From Massilicoli timonensis (GTDB lineage: Bacteria; Bacillota_I; Bacilli_A; Erysipelotrichales; Erysipelotrichaceae), in the NCBI RefSeq assembly GCF_900199515.1, contig NZ_LT963433.1:150001-182000 (forward strand): 32,000 bases of DNA, written 5' to 3'. This document shows, one piece after another, positions 1 through 7,441 of this stretch (position 1 is the stretch's first letter; every line of letters begins with the position of its first letter). The notes under the pieces are model-generated. The model searched no databases and was not told where the DNA came from. It saw nothing but the letters and a program-made list of their open reading frames with translations. The translations under genes were made by a program, and so were the position numbers.

Positions 1-1962
1 TTTATCAATATAAAGATAGGTTGCGCTCGGAGCGTCAAAGCCAGTCAGCAGTTTATCAACCACAATTAGCAGTTTCATCTGCGCCGGCTCGTGTTTGAAG
101 CGTTCCTTGGCCTCCTTTTCAAACTCAGCGAGTTTCTTTCCGCCGAGCATACGCTCATAGATTGCTTTTTTATACTCGTCTTCGCTTGCCTGATTAGGGT
201 CGGTCGTTGCCGTTCTGACACTCTGTGTGGTAGGTTCATAAGAAGTAACAACAGCACACTTGGTAAATCCCATGCTCATGAAGATTTCCCAATAGCGGCA
301 AGCCTCATAAATACTGTTTGCCACAAGCATAGCTGTGCCACGGTCTTCCTTAAGTCTCGGCTTAAGGCTCATATCAAAAACGATATCGGATGCAATTTTC
401 TCCAGACGCTGCTTGGAACTATACAGTTTATTGATAGAAGTCCAACTCTGCTTTAATTGGAGTTTTGCACGTTCAGTCAATCCATGTGTTTTGTTTTCAA
501 ACCACAAATCGACTTTATCCTGGCTGGACAAATCCTGATCTACATCCCTCGCTTCATAACGAAGGTCAAGAACCACGCCGTCCTCTACGCCTTCATCGAA
601 TTTATAAGTATGGATGTATGTACCGAATGTTTCCAGGCTCGTCTGCTTGTCCGTTTTCAAAAGAGGAGTACCCGTAAAACCAATCAGAACGGCGTTAGGC
701 ATCAGCGCTTTTACAGCCTCATGCAATTTGCCGGAATTGGTACGGTGACACTCATCGATGAATGCCACGATATTGCCCTTTGCACAGAAATCCTTCGGCA
801 GGTCCTTCAGCAATTCTTTTCTGTACTGGTCGATATCAGACTGATTTCCTGCGTTATGTCCATATTTGTGAATCAACGAACACACAATAGCATCCTCATT
901 CTTATCCAAAATGGAACGCAGGTCAGCACAGCTTTTTGCTCTGCGAACCTTTTCGTCTACATCAATGAAAAGGCTTTCAATTTGGTCATCCAGTTCATCA
1001 CGGTCCGTAATAATAACAACACGGCTGTCTGTGACATTTTCAATAATCCACTTGGTAAGCCAAACCATAATCAGCGATTTACCGGAACCTTGGGTGTTCC
1101 AGATGATACCGCCTTCTTTATCTTGGATTCGCTTACGGGCAGCAATATTAGCAAAATACTGATTGTGTCTTGTTACCTTCTTGATGCCTGCATCATATAT
1201 CACAAAATCGTGGATAAGAGACAAGAAGCGTTCCTTATGGCAAATGGAAATTACGCCATCTCTCAAACGGTTAACTTCTTTGACCTGTAACAATTTCACA
1301 GCAGCAGATAAATCGTCGGTTGCTTTTTTGTCCTCTTTCCATTTCAGATAATACTTTTCAGGCGTATCGGTTGTACCATAGAAAAGACCTTCTGCTTCAT
1401 TGCCCGCAAACAGAAACTGTGCCGTACTGAAGAAATTCAGAATGTTTTCACGCTTCTGATTCTGCAACATCTGACGGATGCCTTTTCCGGCACTGACATA
1501 AGAACTCTTCAATTCAAATACGCCGAGTGCGATACCGTTAATATACAGTACAACATCGGGACGTTTTCTCGTCACCTTATCAAAACGCAGAACAGACACT
1601 TCTTCCGCAACATAGAAATCGTTGCTGTCGGTATCGTCCCAATTTATATAGTGTACTGTCTGGCGACGTCCATGCTCATCCTTCGCTCCCTGTCGTCCGT
1701 AACGGAGCAGGGAATATACACCTCGGTTAATTTGATAAAGCGTATCGACCTGGTTATTTACCTTGCTCAAGAGTTCACTGATAGCAGTTTTGATCTGGTC
1801 ATCACTGTACCCACGCTTTTTCAGATTAGCTTTCAGCAAATCTTCCTTAACGGGTGTGTTATCGATATCTTCAAGGTTTCCAAGATAAGTATAACCAAGG
1901 TCATCAACCAACCAATGCAGGACTCTTTTTTGTAATTTTTTCTCCGCATCTACAGTTGCCAT
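1..1962 (-). CDS. hsdR: Type I restriction enzyme R subunit (HsdR), N-terminal 654 codons; the C-terminus runs off the left window edge
   Basis: Not in the supplied ORF track because there is no stop inside the window. I checked every in-frame triplet on the minus strand from ATG 1962 down to base 1 and found no stop. RBS AAGGAGG (1969-1975) lies 6 nt upstream and overlaps the hsdS stop. The translation starts MATVDAEKKLQKRVLHWL. It contains SF2 helicase motif I NTQGSGKS (1075-1098), motif II DECH (745-756) and GFTGTP, the standard HsdR arrangement. Confidence 0.93.
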   Translation of the reverse strand, partial: MATVDAEKKLQKRVLHWLVDDLGYTYLGNLEDIDNTPVKEDLLKANLKKRGYSDDQIKTAISELLSKVNNQVDTLYQINRGVYSLLRYGRQGAKDEHGRRQTVHYINWDDTDSNDFYVAEEVSVLRFDKVTRKRPDVVLYINGIALGVFELKSSYVSAGKGIRQMLQNQKRENILNFFSTAQFLFAGNEAEGLFYGTTDTPEKYYLKWKEDKKATDDLSAAVKLLQVKEVNRLRDGVISICHKERFLSLIHDFVIYDAGIKKVTRHNQYFANIAARKRIQDKEGGIIWNTQGSGKSLIMVWLTKWIIENVTDSRVVIITDRDELDDQIESLFIDVDEKVRRAKSCADLRSILDKNEDAIVCSLIHKYGHNAGNQSDIDQYRKELLKDLPKDFCAKGNIVAFIDECHRTNSGKLHEAVKALMPNAVLIGFTGTPLLKTDKQTSLETFGTYIHTYKFDEGVEDGVVLDLRYEARDVDQDLSSQDKVDLWFENKTHGLTERAKLQLKQSWTSINKLYSSKQRLEKIASDIVFDMSLKPRLKEDRGTAMLVANSIYEACRYWEIFMSMGFTKCAVVTSYEPTTQSVRTATTDPNQASEDEYKKAIYERMLGGKKLAEFEKEAKERFKHEPAQMKLLIVVDKLLTGFDAPSATYLYIDK

Positions 1963-1973
1963 CTTGCGCCTCC

Positions 1974-3173
1974 TTACGTAGTTAAACGGACGCGACCTGT
2001 CAGCAGGTCATCCATAGCGCCCTCTCTGATTTGAATGATTTTTTCTCGCTCTGTTTCCAAGTCTGCAATTTCCTTATCCATCGCTGTAAGAACTTCCGCA
2101 ATAGCTTCTTGTTCTTTTGTGTCATCAGGAATTTCAAATTCAAACTTTTTCAAATCCTTCTGATACAAGTGTTTAATAGTAGAGCCAGCAGACAGCGTAT
2201 CAATAAATTCTCTGAATACTGAGGACTGTAATACACGGAACAGAAACACGGGTAAAAGCCCCTGTTTAGTTCTGAAAACAAACACACCACTATTCAATGT
2301 TGCTGGTTTACTCAATTCCGGCACCATTGCCACTTTACCAATAGTACCATCTTTTGTAACCAACACATCATTTGCAGAAACTTGAATATTGGCATCCATA
2401 TCATAACGTTCCTGCGACACATATGAAATAGCGTCCAAGCTAACAGTTCCGTGGTCAAAATCCGTGCCACCAATTAAATAACTGTAGCCACTTCGCAGAT
2501 ATTCATGCTTTTTCAATCCTTGCCATCCGATTCTCGCTTTCGGAATAATAACTTGATTGAAAGACACCTTTTTCCATCTGCCATAAAAACCTTTAAGTCG
2601 TGTTTTTCTACAAATCAAATCTTCCAACGCACCATCTCGGATACCCTTCTTTTTCTCAATCAGTTCTGTAAGGTCATCGATATAGGTATCAAACTCTGAA
2701 AGAGTCTGCGCAATTTCCTCTTGCTCAGGCAATGAAGGAAGATGGATGTCAGTGTTTAATATGATGTTATTATACAATCTCTGTATAGTTGTTCCTTCTA
2801 ATGCATCCCAAGGATATGACCTATAGAACCACCATAAAAAGTTTCTGTCAACAACATCTTTATCTACTTTCAACCATACGATATTTGAATCCTGAAAATA
2901 AGAATCTTTACCATCAAAAATAACCGCTTTGCCCACTGTTCCAGCAGCTGAAAGCAAGACATCGCCTTTTTCAGGGTATGGATAAAGCATCTTATATTTT
3001 TCATATAATTCTTGCGAAATATATGCATCGGCTTTACCGCCAAAAGTACTAATTTTATAGAACGGAATGGCTCCAAAAGCCTTCGTCTGACTTTGAAAAA
3101 TACGACGGCACATTTGAATATAACCAAAATCTCGTAATTGGCCAGGAGTCCAATCCTCTGGATAAGTTACCAT
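1974..3173 (-). CDS. hsdS: Type I restriction-modification specificity subunit (HsdS), two target-recognition domains
   Basis: 399-aa ORF. Two variable halves are separated and followed by conserved helical spacers (LPSLPEQEEIAQTLSEFDTYIDDL... and ...EQEAIAEVLTAMDKEIADLETE...LLTGRVRL), typical of HsdS. The start overlaps the hsdM stop by 7 nt (ATGGTAA, 3167-3173), and the gene sits between hsdM and hsdR. Confidence 0.9.
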   Translation of the reverse strand: MVTYPEDWTPGQLRDFGYIQMCRRIFQSQTKAFGAIPFYKISTFGGKADAYISQELYEKYKMLYPYPEKGDVLLSAAGTVGKAVIFDGKDSYFQDSNIVWLKVDKDVVDRNFLWWFYRSYPWDALEGTTIQRLYNNIILNTDIHLPSLPEQEEIAQTLSEFDTYIDDLTELIEKKKGIRDGALEDLICRKTRLKGFYGRWKKVSFNQVIIPKARIGWQGLKKHEYLRSGYSYLIGGTDFDHGTVSLDAISYVSQERYDMDANIQVSANDVLVTKDGTIGKVAMVPELSKPATLNSGVFVFRTKQGLLPVFLFRVLQSSVFREFIDTLSAGSTIKHLYQKDLKKFEFEIPDDTKEQEAIAEVLTAMDKEIADLETEREKIIQIREGAMDDLLTGRVRLTT

Positions 3174-5857
3174 TTGTATCCCATCCTTTCCAGGGCAGCA
3201 ATAACAACCGTCCTTGATTTTGCTGTCTTTTCCTCGATTTCTCCAAGTGTGCGTTCATAACGTTTGGCAATTAATAAGACTCTGGAACAAAGTGTATTCA
3301 TCACCTGTTCGACTTCATCTCGTACATCGCTCTCCAGCTTATACATCCATTTCAAATCGAAGAGAAGATGTTTGATTTCCTCATCGGTAAGTTCGCCATA
3401 CTTTGCCAACACTTTTTCATCAAGTGACTTACGAGCAGCTTTCCACTCTTTATCCACGGCATCCATTTCTGCGGCTTTCACTGCATATGCAGTCAACGCG
3501 GCGTATTCGTCTGCATAGATTTCCGGCACTGCAGCCGTTTCAGAAGCCTGTTTCAAGGCTGCTTTCAGTTTTGCTTTGCCGAATGTACCATTTTTGTTGC
3601 GAATATCAAATTCAGCCAACTCAGGCACTTCACGAATAAGAGCTTCCATCTCAGCAGTTTTTCCTTCTTCGAACAGTGCATAGAGTTGTGTCATGGCATC
3701 CATGAGAGCCGAGGTTTTCTTGGCATCCAATTCTTTAATACGCTTATTTAGATTTGCTTTCGGAATGCTATCGCCCTTCTCATTGAGTGCCTCTTTCAGT
3801 AAGCCCTCATCACCGGATTCTTCTTCACGCATTTCATCCAGTTCAGCTTCCAATGCACCGGATTGCTCCATCAAGGCAGTAAGTTCGGCGAGTTCCTCTG
3901 CAAAGTATACTTCCTCTATGATTTCTTTCGGAATCAGTGCTCCTTCAAAAGATTTCACCTTGGATGTATCATCAATCTCAACGGTTTCACCGCTTTCGTC
4001 CTTCTGCTTTTTCTTTGCGTATTCATAGTCGATTTCACGACCTACTACATAACCGCCTGCTTTGATGGCGTATACATCATCCTGCAACTTGGCATTCCAA
4101 TAATTCAGCAGGCAATCATATACATCATAATTGTCAAGTAATCTTGCAGATTCATAGGTTTCCAAGAGTTTCGCTGCAATTGCACGGATAAGTTCTTTCG
4201 GGTTTGTGTCGGATTCGATTCCCAAAAGAATATCCTTGATGGCAGATTTCCACTGTGAAAACAGTGCTTCAATTTCATGTTTCTTTTCAGCAAGAATGTT
4301 ATCATCTTGATTGATAATACCTTCAATTTCATCAGACGGAAGGGCAAGGGTATATACATCGTGAGCAACATCCGTGCAGGTGAAGATTTCCTGTTTAAGG
4401 TTGGGTGCAATGCCCCACAGTTTTTTCAGCGAATCAATATCCGTACCAGGAATTCCGCCTTTCAAATGAGCAGCAATATTCTGTGGCAGAGTATCGTCAA
4501 TCTTTTGAATGTAACGTGGGATATTCAAATTTCCGCCATTCTGCTCCAACACATCCGAATACTTAACTGTGCATGAGTATCCTTTAATCACATCGCGGTT
4601 AATGAAAGTCTGTACGATTTTTTCAATATCCTGTTCACGGAGTCTATTCTTGCTACCGTCCTTTTTAAATCCTCGACTGGCATCAATCAAGAAGATATCC
4701 TCTCTGGTTTCTGCATCTTCTTTATCAATTATGATGATGCAGGCAGGAATACCTGTGCCGTAAAAGAGGTTTGGAGGCAGACTTACAACACCCTTGATAT
4801 ATCTCTTTTTCAATACCTCAATACGAATAGTTTCTTCCGAATTTCCTCTAAACAACACTCCGTGTGGCATAACAATACCTGCCTTGCCGTTGCTGTCCAA
4901 GGATTTCAAAACGTGCAAGAACCAGGCATAGTCACCGTTCTTTTCCGGCGGAATACTATACCCATCAAATCTCTTATACTTATCTTCACTCGGTTTGATT
5001 CCATCCGTCCAGGATTTATCGGAAAACGGCGGATTCATAACGATGAAGTCAAATTTCTTTAATTCATTAAACTCATCCAAATACTGAGGGGTGGAGAGCG
5101 TATTGCCACTCTTGATTTCTCCAGTTCCCTTATTGTGCAGGATGAAATTCATCTTCGCCAAACCTGCAGTATCCGGATACTTTTCCTGCCCGAAAATAGT
5201 TACTATTGAATCCCCATTTTCATCAACAGGAGCCTCGTCTGCAGCTCTAATCAAAAGGCTGCCACTACCTGCTGCCGGGTCATAAAGAGTCCACTTCTTT
5301 GTAGGCATCTGCTTAATATCACCAATACCAATCAAACGAGCAATAATGCGGGATACCTCACTTGGTGTATAGAACTGTCCTTTGCTCTTACCGGATTCCT
5401 GTGCGAATTTCATCATGAAATATTCGTATGCGTCACCGATAATGTCATCACCGCTTGCACGGTTATTCTTAAAGTCAATCGCCGGATTTTGGAACACAGC
5501 AATCAAACCGGAAACCTTGTCAACAAGTTCTTTTCCAGATCCGAGTTCTTCAGGGTTATTAAAGCTGACATCCGGCAAAGAACCTTGCAGACGGTTATCC
5601 TCAAGGAATTTCTGGATAATCTTATCTACACGTTCACCTACATCGCTTTTGCCTTTTGCGGCAATCAAATCTTCAAAGGATGCTCCCTTGCTGATTGTGA
5701 ACTCAGCAAACGGCTGCCCCTTATATCTGTCAGACACATATTTAAAAAACAGTAAAACCAACACATAGTCTTTATATCGAGATGGTTCTACACCGCCCCT
5801 CAGCTTATTACAAGCCTCCCAGAGCATTGAATACAATTCAGATTTCTTCACAGCCAT
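3167..5857 (-). CDS. hsdM: Type I R-M N6-adenine DNA methyltransferase (HsdM), unusually long (896 aa) with a C-terminal extension of about 440 aa
   Basis: The N-terminal HsdM_N-like region is SELYSMLWEACNKLRGG...VLVLLFFKYVSDRY. The SAM motif is DPAAGSGS. The catalytic NPPF motif is at 5024-5035 (verified codons AAT CCG CCG TTT). The usual near-C-terminal NLNIPRYI lies at aa ~443-450, but the ORF continues for ~440 more residues rich in E/K/A/L. RBS AAAGAGGG lies upstream. Confidence 0.9.
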   Translation of the reverse strand: MAVKKSELYSMLWEACNKLRGGVEPSRYKDYVLVLLFFKYVSDRYKGQPFAEFTISKGASFEDLIAAKGKSDVGERVDKIIQKFLEDNRLQGSLPDVSFNNPEELGSGKELVDKVSGLIAVFQNPAIDFKNNRASGDDIIGDAYEYFMMKFAQESGKSKGQFYTPSEVSRIIARLIGIGDIKQMPTKKWTLYDPAAGSGSLLIRAADEAPVDENGDSIVTIFGQEKYPDTAGLAKMNFILHNKGTGEIKSGNTLSTPQYLDEFNELKKFDFIVMNPPFSDKSWTDGIKPSEDKYKRFDGYSIPPEKNGDYAWFLHVLKSLDSNGKAGIVMPHGVLFRGNSEETIRIEVLKKRYIKGVVSLPPNLFYGTGIPACIIIIDKEDAETREDIFLIDASRGFKKDGSKNRLREQDIEKIVQTFINRDVIKGYSCTVKYSDVLEQNGGNLNIPRYIQKIDDTLPQNIAAHLKGGIPGTDIDSLKKLWGIAPNLKQEIFTCTDVAHDVYTLALPSDEIEGIINQDDNILAEKKHEIEALFSQWKSAIKDILLGIESDTNPKELIRAIAAKLLETYESARLLDNYDVYDCLLNYWNAKLQDDVYAIKAGGYVVGREIDYEYAKKKQKDESGETVEIDDTSKVKSFEGALIPKEIIEEVYFAEELAELTALMEQSGALEAELDEMREEESGDEGLLKEALNEKGDSIPKANLNKRIKELDAKKTSALMDAMTQLYALFEEGKTAEMEALIREVPELAEFDIRNKNGTFGKAKLKAALKQASETAAVPEIYADEYAALTAYAVKAAEMDAVDKEWKAARKSLDEKVLAKYGELTDEEIKHLLFDLKWMYKLESDVRDEVEQVMNTLCSRVLLIAKRYERTLGEIEEKTAKSRTVVIAALERMGYKW

Positions 5858-5907
5858 AGCCCTCTTTTATCTCCATTCTAATAAGTTATTCTTTAAAATA
5901 TACACTA

Positions 5908-6111
5908 TCATTCGATAGCACTCTTTCCGCTTTTTACCCATGCATCTAATTCAGAGAATTTAAACTTCCACTTCTTTCCGATTTTATGGGCAGGAATACC
6001 TGTGTCTTTTTTAATCCAGTCTCTAACTGTAATAGGCTTAACACCTAAATATTCTGCGGCTTCTTCAATGCCTATCCATTTGTCATTCATCACTTCATTC
6101 ACTATTTTCAC
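5908..6111 (-). CDS. Small helix-turn-helix DNA-binding protein (HTH_17 / excisionase-MerR-like family), first gene of the R-M operon
   Basis: ORF of up to 67 aa. The core IGIEEAAEYLGVKPITVRDWIKKDTGIPAHKIGKKWKFKFSELDAWV matches the short excisionase-type HTH pattern. The likely true start is GTG 6102 (GAGG 8 nt upstream) or ATG 6090 rather than GTG 6111. It lies 50 nt upstream of hsdM on the same strand. Confidence 0.75.
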   Translation of the reverse strand: MKIVNEVMNDKWIGIEEAAEYLGVKPITVRDWIKKDTGIPAHKIGKKWKFKFSELDAWVKSGKSAIE

Positions 6112-6148
6112 CTCGTCAAATGTTGATGGTTACAAAACTCCTTTTTAT

Positions 6149-6177
6149 ATTATATCACTATTTCCGCCTGTTTTCAA
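6149..6177 (-). promoter_or_regulatory. Sigma-A-type promoter of the HTH-hsdMSR operon
   Basis: On the minus strand: -35 TTGAAA (6172-6177), a 17-nt spacer, and a consensus -10 TATAAT (6149-6154). It sits about 40 nt upstream of the HTH start candidates. Confidence 0.55.
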
Positions 6178-6186
6178 TAGGTTATG

Positions 6187-6214
6187 TGATGTTTCTTGAT
6201 GTTTGATGATGTTT
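6187..6214. repeat. Three direct copies of TGATGTTT at exact 10-bp phasing, immediately upstream of the R-M operon -35
   Basis: Copies are at 6187-6194, 6197-6204 and 6207-6214 (AAACATCA on the gene strand). The array ends 10 bp upstream of the -35 hexamer. The repeat itself is certain; its function as a candidate operator or activator site is inferred. Confidence 0.8.
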
Positions 6215-6230
6215 CGGGTGTGGAAGCCAT

Positions 6231-6272
6231 AATAAAAAATCCGAGGGTCAGAAGAATACCTCCAACCCCCGG
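6231..6272 (-). terminator. Rho-independent terminator downstream of the DUF4268 gene
   Basis: Minus-strand stem CCGGGGGU/ACCCUCGG (8 bp, one G-U) with a 16-nt loop, followed by AUUUUUUAUU. It starts about 38 nt after the stop at 6310. Confidence 0.6.
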
Positions 6273-6309
6273 AACCCTTATGATTTCGAGTCCATCAGTA
6301 TTCACTTGT

Positions 6310-7236
6310 TTATAAGTATTTCTTGAAGGCATTTTTCATCTTCAAGGCAATGTCCATCGCCCAATCGAACTGTTCAGACCACTTATCCTTATTATCAAAA
6401 TCTGCCGGATGGGATATAAGGATTCTGCTGGCTTTCTTGTCCGGCAATTCTCTCCAATCAAGTTTCATGTCCATATCCGTTTCAATTTCCGTCTTGTGGG
6501 AATGAAACTTATGGAACAGTTCTTTATCATCGGAAATGTACCACTCTACAACAATCTGGTTATCCTTGCGAATCTGATTGATGCTGATATGACAAGCGGA
6601 GGAACCCACGCTCATAGTCATCCAATGGTCTGTACTTGCCTTCCTCTTATTGAACTGCTTTGCAAATGCATGGTTTTGGAACGCATAGTCGTTGAAAGCA
6701 ACCCAATAGTCATATCTCGCCTGCAACGTAGGGGAATTACTGGTGTTACGCTTGATTTCCTTTGTCCAGTCATTCGGCTTTTCTACCACTTCGAACTTTA
6801 CGGCAATATCAGAACTTCCGATTTGATACAGTTTGATTTCTACCAGGAAGAAAGCAATATTCTCATCGGTGTGATTATTCAGCCACTCAATTGCAGCGCG
6901 ATGTTCTTCTCTTGCTCTCTTAACAACCCAGATTACAATATCAGCAGATTTGCCGGATGCATATGTAATCAACTTACCAAGGTGGTCATGGTTTGTATCT
7001 TCAAGCTGATTCTCGATGATGATTTTTCTGTCCGTTCCGGTTTCGGTTGCATAAATGTCCACATTGAAATCTCCAACGCTGGACTCGGTTTCATCAACAG
7101 TTATCTCCAAGCCAACGGCATCCGCCAGCAACGCAAGATTATCCTCTTCTGCAAGCCAAGGAGTGAAGTCTATTGCCTCATGTGGCCATACCTTTCTCAA
7201 GTCTTTTATTTCTTTCAATTTTCCTAAATTAATCAA
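6310..7236 (-). CDS. DUF4268-family protein with an N-terminal PD-(D/E)xK (NucS/restriction-endonuclease-like) half; function unknown
   Basis: The maximal ORF runs to GTG 7302. A strong RBS GAGGAGG (7244-7250) sits 7 nt before an in-frame TTG at 7236, and an extended -10 lies inside the longer ORF, so I favour 7236 (308 aa). The N-terminal half has VD(82)IYA...IIIE(97)NQ(99)LEDTNHDHLGKLITY (7006-7059). I recognise this as a nuclease-fold-like signature, and the C-terminal half as the DUF4268 pattern. The family assignment is from memory and is not a search result. Confidence 0.75.
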   Translation of the reverse strand: MINLGKLKEIKDLRKVWPHEAIDFTPWLAEEDNLALLADAVGLEITVDETESSVGDFNVDIYATETGTDRKIIIENQLEDTNHDHLGKLITYASGKSADIVIWVVKRAREEHRAAIEWLNNHTDENIAFFLVEIKLYQIGSSDIAVKFEVVEKPNDWTKEIKRNTSNSPTLQARYDYWVAFNDYAFQNHAFAKQFNKRKASTDHWMTMSVGSSACHISINQIRKDNQIVVEWYISDDKELFHKFHSHKTEIETDMDMKLDWRELPDKKASRILISHPADFDNKDKWSEQFDWAMDIALKMKNAFKKYL

Positions 7237-7262
7237 CTCTATTCCTCCTCGTGCAATTAACC

Positions 7263-7271
7263 ATTCTATCA
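7263..7271 (-). promoter_or_regulatory. Extended -10 promoter element (TGATAGAAT) for the DUF4268 gene
   Basis: The minus strand reads TG-A-TAGAAT, about 27 nt upstream of the TTG 7236 start. No good -35 is present, which is consistent with the extended -10 class. Confidence 0.4.
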
Positions 7272-7441
7272 ACTCAACAATAGGCAAAATCATCTTGTCC
7301 ACTCGACTTTGCCCATTTTCAACCTGTCAACTCAACCTATCATTTTCACCATACGTCAGGTGTTAAATCTTCCGTTACGCAGCCATCAAAACAATATGCC
7401 ATTTGCTCGGAAATGCCTTGTTTTCAAGCCTTTTTCGGTAT

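Noticed and set aside
457-1290. 277-aa plus-strand ORF, with neighbouring plus-strand ORFs at 91-1351
   Set aside because: It lies entirely antisense to the verified open hsdR frame. The translation is low-information (I/F/L/N-rich) with no recognisable motif, whereas the opposite strand encodes textbook helicase motifs.
1974-3173. Phase-variable hsdS shufflon (inverting half-genes)
   Set aside because: The window has only one hsdS, with no second partial hsdS copy, no internal inverted repeats that I could see, and no adjacent recombinase.
6409-7227. 272-aa plus-strand ORF
   Set aside because: It is antisense to the DUF4268 gene, has no RBS or promoter context and no recognisable motif. 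It looks like a typical shadow ORF of an A+T-rich gene.
7415-7430. Possible rlmD terminator (GGCTTG-AAAA-CAAGGC on the minus strand)
   Set aside because: The stem is only 6 positions with a G-G mismatch and a weak U-tract (AUUUCC), which is not convincing enough to annotate.
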